Shown here: positions 9,336 through 19,399 of the stretch, in pieces
Layout of the letters: every line of letters starts with the position of its first letter
Numbering within the stretch: the stretch's first letter is position 1
Assembly: GCA_038143065.1 (NCBI GenBank)
Contig: JAYQLI010000027.1
Coordinates: 1-19,408 of the forward strand
Length of the DNA stretch: 19,408 nt
From: Rhodospirillales bacterium
GTDB lineage: Bacteria > Pseudomonadota > Alphaproteobacteria > Bin95
Reading direction: 5' to 3'
Notes under the pieces: model-generated
Databases searched by the model: none
Told to the model about the DNA's origin: nothing
Seen by the model: the letters and a program-made list of their open reading frames with translations, nothing else
Translations under genes and position numbers: made by a program

Positions 9336-10566
9336 TTACTTGGGACTTGACTGAGCCACGAATTTCGGTGTTCAGCGGAATTCCGAGCAGCCAGAGGGTG
9401 CCAAAGCCACATGCGAGAAAATGCTCGAGCCAACTCCTAAAGGCCCTCCAGCCGCTGATATCGGCCCACGCCAAGGCGTGAGCGACTGTTTTATTCGTTG
9501 GCCAGTTCAACCATTGCTTGAAACGATATACAGGCACTTCACGGAATTCCGCGAAGATCTGAGTGAAGTTTCGGTAGAATTAAACGCGGGCGGTTCTGCA
9601 ACGGTTGCACGATATTCAGTCAGATATGCATCGCTTTTCACGGTCGCTTGATAAGCATCCTGCAAGAACGAATGCTTGGATCCATTCCAGGAGCACCCAT
9701 TACCACAATGGTCGCAGCCATCACCTTTGAGCGAAACCAGACATAGGCATCCCACCATTTGCCGGATGGCTCGGTGCCATAAAGCGCTTTGTGTGCCTCA
9801 AAGATATTTGGAACATCATCAGGGGAATGCCTTTCATTCGACTCTACGATATTGCCTGACGCGTCAAAGTGCGGGTGGTAGCATATTGGGTAAGTTGTTT
9901 TGCCATCGCCAAAGAATTTTTGGTATCCCGTTATACCCGCGTATCCGGTTAATTTCTCCCCATCATCGAGGCGGAGATTTTAGAGAACCCCTTAAAACCA
10001 GGAATGTAGCGGTAATTCGCACCGATAACTTTTAGGCCAAGGCTGCCCATCATGCCCACTATCGTTGCAGCAACGCGACCACCTACAACAATTGCGTCGC
10101 CTTCGACAACGTCCTTCAGGTCGTCAATCTCATCTCCGTCGTGCAACAAACGCCAGATCAGAACCTGCTGAGCCAATCACACCCATCTTTTTCTGGAACA
10201 AAGCGGATGCCAGGTGCGTTTGCGATTACGTGCCGAGGCATTAAAGGAACCGCAATAAAGGGAGTGCTCCCATCTGATTGACTGCTTTGTCGTACGCATG
10301 GTTCAATGCGGTTGTACCGCCGCCGCCGCCTTTGTTAATACCGGATCAGTCGGCGCGCCAGGGAGTATTTTGCCGAAAGTGTCGCGCGAAGACGCGTCCG
10401 TGAACATCACCACCGCTGCTGCCGCAGGGTTTCCAGCTGTAAAAATCGCGATCGGTTTTGCCGGTGAAATCTGCGGCAACAACTGGCGCAGCGGCCATAA
10501 TCAGGGACGCCAATAATCTAGGGGCGCAGCAATATCCTGCCACGGTTTTGAAAGTCTAAACTTCAT
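9336..10566 (-). CDS. tctC: Tripartite tricarboxylate transporter substrate-binding protein (TctC/Bug family)
   Basis: AAGGAGG RBS and ATG at 10566, signal-like region then AADFTGKTI, G.DVHGRVFARHF..LPGAPT and YRYIPGFKG. It lies directly downstream of the TctA-family gene. End is approximate. Confidence 0.75.
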
Positions 10567-10583
10567 TTACTACCTCCTTGGTT

Positions 10584-12690
10584 TTAGAACATCAGCCATA
10601 CCGGAAACCAATCCGGTGCGACTGACTTGACGAATTCAACGATTGGGGTGGTTTGCCCACAGGATGTGAACGACGCGGTCGCAGAAGGCGATGAGAGACC
10701 AACCAACACGCACCGGCGTAAAGATGCAGACTGTCTGCCGCTGTAGTCCCCAGTTCTTCAGGTGTACGCAAAGATAAACAACGGGATCGCAAGTTTCTGA
10801 CCAATCACCAGTGCGAGCAGAATGGTCGCGCATGAGATAGGCGGAAAGAAGACTGTGTAGGCTGCTGACGATTGAATCTCGAACACTCGCCGGAAAACTC
10901 GTTCAGAAGACCGTTTTGGTTGTCGCGTTAGGTTCGACTCTCGCACCAATGCCGATAAGCGCAGAGTAAGATGCCTGGCACCGCCCCAATCATCGGAGAA
11001 TGAGATTACCTGCCGATTGCGGCCATGCCGGCCTGCGTAGATGGCAACGACGAAGACTGCCTTCGTACGAGCAATAGAACGGACACGATAGATCGATAAC
11101 GATAGATCTGTTCGCTCGTCTTCAGCTTCGTCCAGATTTTTCATCGGTCTTGTTTGGCCTCTTCGCATTGGATTGTTGCTTAAGCTGTCCACGCAGGGAG
11201 TAGAACAGCGTTAACACAACAATACTCAGCAAGATCGACGATCCGGGCGACCGAGCCACGATGGAATCTTGATGGATCATCGTGCTCAGCATGAAAGCTG
11301 TTTTCCATCGAACTGCCCAAGATCAGAAGGCGAGGATCGCCGGCGGCCGAGGCCACCCCCTTTGCATGCATCAGATAGCCGATGATCGAAAACACCAACA
11401 ACGTCACCCAGTCCCCCAAATCTGCACTTGCGGACCAGGAGCCACATCAGGATGAACAGCATTGCACCCGGCACGATCAGATGACCCATGAGATAAAAGC
11501 TAGTTTGGAGATCCAGTTGCTCCCAGCATATGTTATCACAGCTGCACCACATTTAGCTACAGCTATATTCAGACCATCGAAAAACGTAATTTCGAGATTT
11601 GTGGTCAGCATGGATTTTCCTGGCTGCAGACCTTGTATGAGAAGCGCCGACAAAAGGAGCGTTCATCGCACTGCCAGGCACGCCAAATATGACAGTTGGG
11701 ACTGGAAGAACCGCCGCGCACAGCGTTGTTAGCCGCTTCGGGCGCAATCACGCCTCGAATATCACCCTTGCCAAAGGTCTGTTGTTTTTTGACGATTTGA
11801 TAGTGTGACCATAGGCAATCCATCAACCACCGCCCTGCCTAGACCCGGAATCATGCCGACGTAGACCCTGATGGCAGAGCAGCGCACGACCAGCCACCAA
11901 TTTTTAAATGCGTCTCGAATGCCTTGTAGTGAGAAGGTATTGCCACCGGTGTCCGCGAAACTTTCGCGATGGAGCGGTTTTTTGATCGCAAGATCCGACG
12001 CCACTGGGAACTGCAAATATCCCACAAGACCACAGGAACCAGCGGCAGTTTATCCAGCAATAATTGAACGCCCATCCGGGCACGAGGGATGGGTTCCGGA
12101 CCATCTCGCGTAGCCGATGGAGGATATCAAAAGACCAAAGCAGGCTGCGATCAAACCTTTGAGCAATGGTGTTCCAGCCGAGGGATAAGCCATCACAAGT
12201 CCGGTTAGGCCCAGCATGAACAATTCCGGATTATTAAAATTTGAGGTATGATTGGAAGCGCCAGTGGCAAGTAGAGACCGGCAGCATTATGGCCCCGATA
12301 GTGCCGCCGATCGCGCGTTACAGTAAACGCCGGCGCCAAAAGCACGCCTGGCTTGCCCCACGCGCGCCAAAGAGGATGCCCGTCGAGCACGGTCGCCTGA
12401 GACGCTGAGGTCCCGGACATTACCAACACCGAAGGAATTGTATCTGAGGTCGCCGTAACGGCGTATATGCCCAGGGAGAAGCGCAATCGCCTGCGCCGGT
12501 TCCATGCCATAAGTAAATGGTAATGACCAGACCATTACATCACCTAGAGCCACCAAGATCCTGGGACCGCCCCCAACCAAAGCCCAGCCAGGATGGCCAA
12601 TCGGCAAAAATGCAAACGCCGGCCATTGAAAGACCGAGCAGCGCGCTTGGATCAATCCTGCGTTTATTTTACTCAATCCGCTAGATCGAA
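10584..12690 (-). CDS. tctA: Tripartite tricarboxylate transporter permease TctA, apparently fused to a C-terminal TctB-like domain
   Basis: GAVPG, TSDTIPSVL...GTSASQATVLDGHP, G(M)IPGLG..VVD, FGKGDIRGVIAPEAANNA, PTVIFGVPGS and ILGSSMENSF, followed by a further hydrophobic ~200 codons ending PDWFPVWLMF*. Start is approximate. Confidence 0.88.
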
Positions 12691-12811
12691 CGAATATCGA
12701 TGATTGCATTTTTCTGTGCAACGCTAAACCGAAAGTAGCGTCGTTCGGATGTGCAGCTCTGGATTTACTTGCATAAGGCCGACGATGTGCGTTTTTAGTC
12801 TTCGGCGGTGA

Positions 12812-14042
12812 CTAGCGGTTATTTGGCCCTGCCCCCGGATATCCAAACAAATCAATTGTCGCGTCATTGGTTCCAACATAGCGCTCGGTAGAAATTGCAG
12901 TTTGATTTAGATCCGCTCCCCATCCCAGCACGCGTCGTTCAACTTTCAAAACCACCACCGCTGGGATGAAACAAAGGTACAGAGAGCAATTCTAGCTGCA
13001 TGCGGTTATGCTCTTTGTATTGCTCTTTCCGATGATTGTCGTCGTTTCAACCACCGCCGCAACAGTTTGCGAGATCACGTCTAAAACCGAGTTCCACGCA
13101 GGTTGTTGCAACGAGAACTCTAGATTCGAACGTCGACAAATATTTTGAAATCCTCACTGCTTCCCGCACGCCAGAGCAGAGACGAATGTCGGGCAAGTAA
13201 ACGTCGTGCATCGTCAGCTTTTACCATCGCAATCACATCCGACAAACTGGTGACATGTTCCGCTCCTGCAACTCTTAATCTCCGTGGTCGTTCGCAAAAG
13301 ATCTAATCTTTGGCGATATCATCAGAGGCATTTGATTTTTTCGCGAATGGGGACTTCCAATCCGTGGTAACGCCGATTTGCGGCCTCAAGTTCACGAAAA
13401 ATTCGGCGTGCGCCAAGGAGATTTAAGCGTCCGTGCAAGTCGACATTGATCAGCATGCCAGATCCGACTACCTGCGTCTCTCACGGCGTGAACACAGGCA
13501 AACCCATGATCCACTTTTTACCGCCTTCGATTTCTTGTAACGCGGCAGCATCCACGCCATCAAAGGGTTGCTATTTTTACCCGACGTATCCGTCCCTTTT
13601 CGCCTCAAGTGCTCGTTGCCGCCCAGCTCCTCTGGCGATCGATCTACAGTTCCGCGATTGATATTGGCGTAAATCGCAATTTCAGTGCGCTTTTGGCCGC
13701 CAATAAGTTCCATAGGAGAAAGGCCCAAAGACTTAGCCTGAAGATCAATTAAAGCTTGTTCGATACCGCTCACGAGAACCCGAGGCACCTCGGCAGCTAA
13801 GCGGCGTTGACATGCTGTCGTAGCTCATCGTCAGCGAGACCGAGACCCATTAAAGGTTTGAGTCATACCCGGCAGCATTTGCCAAACGCCCGCGCTCGAC
13901 CCCGAAATGAGAAACTTCGCACTGAGACGAATCCGATACTTCCATCTTCCGGCTATAACCTCCAGAAACAGCCAAGAGGTTTTGGGAGAAATCGGACACT
14001 CCATATCGTCCGGAAGTTTGACAAGCTACATGTCGTTAGCAT
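12812..14042 (-). CDS. Mandelate racemase/muconate-lactonizing (enolase superfamily) enzyme, galactonate dehydratase-like
   Basis: ISPKTSWLFLEV, SGIEQALIDLQAKSLG...LIGG, IYANINRG, KIA(P)FDG, INVDLHGR, AGAEH, LPDIR and C-terminal GWGADL. Confidence 0.8.
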
Positions 14043-14093
14043 GCTGTAGTATCGGGACTCGAACTTGTGTGTTTCCTATCTTTTTGGATGATC

Positions 14094-14106
14094 ATCGATT
14101 ATCGAT
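14094..14106. promoter_or_regulatory. Palindrome ATCGAT-T-ATCGAT in the divergent intergenic region, possible operator
   Basis: Perfect 6-bp inverted repeat about 50 bp upstream of the dehydratase start, between the catabolic operon and the LacI-family gene. Function is inferred only. Confidence 0.25.
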
Positions 14107-14317
14107 CGTGCCAAAGATATTGCAACTACAGCCTTGCGCTCTTTATGTGATGCCAGGAGCTACTTGCCGGCTAGGCGAATGTCGGAACCGGATCTCAAAG
14201 CGCAAAAAATAATTGCCAATCTCAGCACACACTGGATACTCTGCGTGACTTCAGCGATATCAGTAGAGAGAACCTCCGTGGGCGTTGAGCTAGGACACCC
14301 ACCAATTGAGTGCAGGC

Positions 14318-15330
14318 GTGCAAGCCAAAAAACCTGTGAATTGGCCGATTGATGTCGCTGCCGCCTCGGGCATACGCTCAGTGCGACGGTCTGGCGAGCG
14401 CTCAACAAACCAGACCTTGTCTCAAAGGAAACTGTTAAAAATTCTAAGAAGTTATCCGGCAGATCGGGTACTTCCCAGATGTGACAGCTCGATCATTGAG
14501 GACAGAAAAACAAAGCGGTCTAACATTGCTTTGGTTGTGCCATCGATCGATAAGGGCTTCGCCCCTTTGGTTCAGAGCATCAGCGAAACGGCCGAAAAAC
14601 TTGGGTTTGAAATCATCATTGGCATCTCAAACTGATCGATGCAGCTGGAATACAAAATCGTTACACGTCTGTTGGGGCGTCAAGGATTTCGGCGTTGATT
14701 CTTAGTGGCAACGACCAATCCTGAAAACAAAATCAGTTTGTAAGTCCGCTGGAACTACGGTTGTTCGATCTCTGGGTGCCGACGGCTCGCCGATCCAGAT
14801 CGATGATCGGCTTTCAATGTTGCACTTGGCGAAAGTGCAGCAAATCGTTTGCTTGCCAAATCGCGCACAAACTTGCTGATCGTGCTCAACACCAGTCACT
14901 CACGCGCGAAAGCTTTCTGATCGGCAGGCTTTCGTCGGGCGATAGCCGTGCAGCGACCGCAAATATTGGAATTGAGCACTATTCGATTTAGGCGAACCTT
15001 GAAGCCGAACTGAACGAGTTCTTAAAAAAATCAACATTGATCAATGGCATCTCATGTTCAATGCTTCGAGAGATCTGTTTCCCATTATCGAGAGCTGGCC
15101 GGGCTTCAAAACCGCGTTATACCTGACGACGTATCGGTCGCAGACATTCGGCGAACCGTCCCGGCAAACACCTTTTGGACAAAGGAATGGAGTTTATCAA
15201 AATTCCTGACCGAGAAATTGGTGAGGCTGCGGCGCTGCTGGTCGAACAGATGTTGACAAGAGAAGACATACCAGCGTCAGTCAATGACATGGGATTTGAA
15301 ATCAGCGGAAATCAGAGACGATGGGCGTAC
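14318..15330 (+). CDS. LacI-family transcriptional regulator (frameshifted)
   Basis: KKPV...DVAAASG..., RALNKPDLVSKET (HTH region), SNIALVVPSI...FAPLVQSISETAEKLGFEIII, VIPDDVSV and IKIPDREIGEAAA.LL. Divergent from the catabolic operon; end is approximate. Confidence 0.85.
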
Positions 15331-15590
15331 TGTTGCTTCCAACTGGTACTGGCCGCGGTTGGCGGTGATGGCGCTGCTGTGAAGTGGATATCAACGCCAA
15401 CCCGGCTGCGAAGCGACCATTCGTCGGCGATCTGCTGAGCAGACAGAAGGGCGCCAGAAATGCGTGTCTCGGTGATGCTCTCCCTGGCCTTTGCTGGTGA
15501 CAAAGCACCGAGTTTCGCGGCTCGCGGACCGCAGGACTTGCCTATGCACCCAGGTTCAGCGTGCCTCGAAGCACCACCAATTTGCGGTAT

Positions 15591-15618
15591 AATAACACCC
15601 CGCGAGCGGGGTGTTATT
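15591..15618. promoter_or_regulatory. Perfect 13-bp inverted repeat AATAACACCCCGC-ga-GCGGGGTGTTATT over the promoter/RBS of the HGGxSTG gene
   Basis: Read directly. It overlaps TATAAT (15588-15593) and ends 1 nt before ATG 15620. Confidence 0.7.
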
Positions 15619-15619
15619 C

Positions 15620-15967
15620 ATGCTGACAAAAGACAACGTGACTATCGGTATAGAGTGGCGTTTCGGGCCGGACTGGCCGGGGCAGCGATGTGGTGCGAAG
15701 ACACGGCGGGGCACCGCGTCAGTGTCCTGCCAACAAGAAGAATGGCCGGTGCCGACTACATGGCGGGGCCAGCACTGGCGCGAAGACCGAAGAGGGACTG
15801 AGCGCGGATCTCTGCGGCGAACCTTCGTCATGGGAAGTTCACCAAGGACAAGCTTGAGAAGCGGCGTGAGAATGCGCTGCCAAGGGACGGAGATACGTAA
15901 GGAGCTTCGCCAGATGGAGCGCGAGTTGATCGCTGGCGGGCTTCTCGACAAAGCACTGGCGGGATAG
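15620..15967 (+). CDS. HGGxSTG domain-containing protein (frameshifted)
   Basis: MLTKDNVTIGIEWRFGPDWPGQRCGAKTRRGT, then in a shifted frame QCPANKKNGRCRLHGGASTGAKTEEG, ISAANLRHGKFTK and ...IRKELRQMERELIAGGLL. Confidence 0.88.
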   Translation: MLTKDNVTIGIEWRFGPDWPGQRCGAKTRRGTASVSCQQEEWPVPTTWRGQHWREDRRGTERGSLRRTFVMGSSPRTSLRSGVRMRCQGTEIRKELRQMERELIAGGLLDKALAG

Positions 15968-16051
15968 CTTCCGTCGTAGTCATCCAGTTTGGGGCGGTTC
16001 TCAGGCCGAGAACGGGTTAGCTTTTTGCTCGTCGGTATTGTCACTGGGCGA

Positions 16052-16140
16052 TGTAGGAATGTAGGAGTTGTTTGATAAATCTCATTACTAGTTATTCCAG
16101 CTAACTATAAGTTGAGAGACTTACCCTTTACATTCCTACA
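16052..16140. other. Putative replication origin: nested inverted repeats around an AT-rich core
   Basis: TGTAGGAATGTA (16052-16063) pairs with TACATTCCTACA (16129-16140). Inner pairs are TCTCA/TGAGA and TAGTTA/TAACTA. It overlaps the primase-helicase stop codon. Confidence 0.6.
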
Positions 16141-18375
16141 CCAAAGAGCGGCGTCTTACAGCGTTACCGTCACTAAGCCTGACTAATTCAAAGTCTGGAT
16201 CGTTCTTTAAATTGGCAATGGAGCGTCTCCACAAATCGCCGATGGCTGGCATAAATGTACCATTTGCCAAGTCGCTGACATCTTCTTTGAAGTAGACGTA
16301 CAGTAATTCTACAGAATGGGCGCTTTGTTGATATGACGCTCAAGGCCACCATCTTCTAACCATCCAAGCACAAGATCAGCATCATGGAACCACTGTGTGG
16401 TAGTTTCTTCGACGGTCTCTGGAATACCGAAATAACCACGCTTGATGACTTCGCAGAGTTGTATGATGGCTAGAGCAATCACTTGGTTTGTTTGCTGAGT
16501 AGCTACCGTTCTACCTATCCCAACAACCCGCTCAGTTTTTCGGTATCGTTGTATCAAATGGAATGACGGATAAACGCCTCTCAACGCTGTAATCAACGCC
16601 ACCTTGGAAGCTTGGTAGGCTATTTGTTGCAAAAATATTGATTGCTTGTGGCCGGAACGGCACTGGCGGCTGGTAGACTATTTTACCGTTGAGCATATCA
16701 CCCGTTACGACCTGCTTCATTTTGTCTGAAGCGATAGCCCTTGATGAAGATAACTCGTCTGGAGGTTTGTTGCCTTGCCAATTAGGTTGGCAATGAACTG
16801 TTCTTTGCCAAAATCACTGGCACGCATGAAATAGACGTCTCTGGCAGGAGATAACGGATTAAATCCAAGATCTGGGATTTGCCATTTGCCGCCGTCGGCC
16901 CATAAAACACGAAAGCTTTTGGCTCTGCGATTGAGGTTGCCATTGATGCACAAGCAACACCAATAATCTGGAAAATTAAACACTTTATTTTTCCGCTTCA
17001 TCGCTCGTACCAAAGCAACCGTCCAATAGTTTTTTAGCAAGCCGTCTATGGCGTATGTTTGCTTTTCATCCCATGTGGCATCAATTGTGTGGCGCCTTGC
17101 AGAGATGGATTGTGCGCCACCAGCTTTTTTGCCCAGTATTGCTTATGCCAAGAAAGCCGTTACGCAAATTAACGCCAATAGAAGGCTGCAAAAAAAACCG
17201 GTATTTTCGCACATGCTATGAAGCTCGTTTAAGACGCCGTCTATAAAAGACTTGCTGGCAGCAAGGCGCTTTTTTCCCACTGAACGCCGTCTAGATCCTG
17301 CACTAAACGCCGTTGCTCACCACCACTGGAAGGGTAACCAGTGCGTGTCTCCATAAAAACCCAAAGTCGCCCTTCATCAAAAATTGGCTTGGGCTTGTCG
17401 ACGCATAGCAATCGGAGAACATGCCGGGCGACAGAAGTATGGCTATCAACGCCAGCAAACAACCCGCTGGCACCTGTCCAGCCTTGGTCAGACGCTCTAC
17501 TGAAGATTGCATTTATGCTCGTTCTGTCTGGTTTAAATTTCGCAAATTGCCCTGCAACATCTTCAGGACTGACGTAGTTGGCCGGGATTGAGCCATCTGG
17601 TCTTTTTTTAGACCAATCTTGAAAACCGATAAGGCGTCCGCCCTGCCTGAGGACTTGAGCATAGCCTACGGCAATCCAATTGTCATAATCCTGTGGATCG
17701 AGATGGTTCAGCGCGTCAGTGACCCAATCGCAGTTAGCTGAGGCACCTGTATAGACATCGCTGGTTTGGGATTAAGCTGATCTTGTCTGGAAGCTGGCCA
17801 TTGCCAAACTTAGCGGATAGACGAGCTTCAAAAACATCCCTTAGAGCCGATATCTGGTCAGGTGTTACTACAGTAAGCCCATTTAAAGGGACATCAAGCA
17901 GGCTCTCATCCACCCAGTAATATGGGGTTTGAGTGTCGGGGTGAACGCCAAACACAACACTTTGTTGCCCGGCCCCAAGAATTTCGACCTGGATACTCTT
18001 AGCGCCATCTATGTGCGCAGTGGTCATCTGCTTGACCAATTGGCCAGATTCAAGCTTGTAGAACAGTGATCGTTTTGGTGTGTTGCCGAAGCGAATTGGC
18101 GCATGACCAAGAGTTGAGAGACATAAATTTTCGAAGTCGTCTACAAGCTCGTAATCGGGAATGTCGAGATCCACGACAACCAACTCACCTGCCTTCACTC
18201 CCACACCGTATTTTGGAAAACTTGATGCATAATTGCTAACTACGCTCGTTTCCAAAAATTAGTTTCTGTCCATTTTTCGATCGCTGGGCGTTTTGTTCCA
18301 GGAACAATCGGGATGGCTTCATATCCGTTCTCGAGCAATAGGTGCGGCTTTGCCGTAATACAGGCTCTTATTCAT
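16136..18375 (-). CDS. Primase-helicase: Prim-Pol N-terminus + PriCT-2 + D5-like SF3 helicase (frameshifted)
   Basis: LLENGYEAIPIVPGTKRPAIEKW, GVGV..GELVVVDLD, VEILGAGQQSVVFGVHPDTQTPYYW. PriCT-2-like ALNHLDPQDYDNWIAVGYA..FQDWS. Walker A YGPTAANGKS, then KQVVTGD and IFATNSLP..RRLSVIPF. Confidence 0.9.
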
Positions 18376-18569
18376 CGCCAGCGCCTTGAGTTTGCTCCGT
18401 TTGGCGAGCAGACCTAAGCGATTTTACCCATTGTTGGATATGGTCCCGCCCAGCCAATGGCTCGCTTGCCGAGCTTCACAGGTTTTGAAAGCTTCCAGAC
18501 CAGCAGTCGATAGATCGAGGCACGACTGACCCCCAGCTCACTGCAAACGTCTTTCATGCGTAAAATCAT
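18368..18569 (-). CDS. alpA: AlpA-family regulator / excisionase (not in the ORF track; frameshifted)
   Basis: GGAGG RBS, then MILRMKDVCSELGVSRASIYRL...KPVKLGKRAIGW...IQQWV. Its stop overlaps the primase start. Confidence 0.88.
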
Positions 18570-18646
18570 TTTGCCTCCGGCGATTTCAGATGATCGCTGA
18601 AGGTCGCAAAATGTTCACAACCGGCATGCCGCCTGATTATGGGCAA

Positions 18647-19286
18647 TTACGCGGCACGAATTCCTAACTCCGTAACCACCGGTGATCTTCCTCGAAACGC
18701 CGGATGCCAGTGCGAGATTCTGGCTTCATGGAGGAGATCAGGAATGACTTCGGCCATCTCATCGAGAATGATTTCGCATGCTGGGTCTGGATGATCTGGG
18801 TCTTCCGCCAGCGCATCGTTTGCAGTCAAAGGGACACCAAAATAAGCTCGCAATACGCGCGCAAGGACAGAGATCAAGCGCATCGCGGTGCCCGTTTCTA
18901 GCCTTCGGTCCTCGTTTGTTGCCAACGTTTCCAGCAACGTCAGACATTGGCTGCTGACGGAGAAGCTTTGCACAAAGTGGCACGAGTTCAGGGGGGATTT
19001 GTAATCCAGCTTCCAAACGTTGCGCCATAAGACGCCCTAAGGCCAAACTCCCGCCAGGAACAGGTTTGAACAACTTAATGACGTGTCCGCCGGCGATACC
19101 GCTAAGGTCCGGCTTTTCGTCGATCGTTGGCGCTCTTAGCATGATACAGAGCAGGTGAGATCCGATGTCTTCTGTATTTCCGGAACCATCCAGCCAATCA
19201 TTTATGGAGCTTACGGTTGCCATCTGACATAGGTGTGCAGAAATTCCCGTGCTTGCTGTGATTTTGCATGTGATCCATGTGTTCAC
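18647..19286 (-). CDS. Hypothetical protein (~210 aa after joining two frames)
   Basis: ORFs 18759-19286 and 18647-18973 overlap and join near 18870 (KRGPKARNGHRDALI-SVLARVLRAYFG). It is co-oriented upstream of alpA. Confidence 0.6.
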
Positions 19287-19321
19287 TATCTCTGCGACAG
19301 CGTAAGAAAAAAGATTTTATA

Positions 19322-19343
19322 AGGTGGATGAAAAAGGTGGTTA
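19322..19343 (+). repeat. Arm-type site pair AGGTGGATG / AGGTGGTTA (right)
   Basis: Same motif and orientation as 3841-3861, about 57 bp inside the right att core. Confidence 0.65.
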
Positions 19344-19399
19344 CGAAGACTGGGATAACAGATCAACACGCTGTTTTATAATGATTTATCTAAGAAAAG

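Noticed and set aside
15556-16044. 162-aa minus-strand ORF
   Set aside because: It is the antisense shadow of the HGGxSTG gene and spans the palindrome.
365-19286. Wholesale pseudogenisation or programmed frameshifting
   Set aside because: Indels hit every gene of both units while catalytic motifs stay intact, which fits raw long-read error better. Real decay cannot be excluded without polishing.
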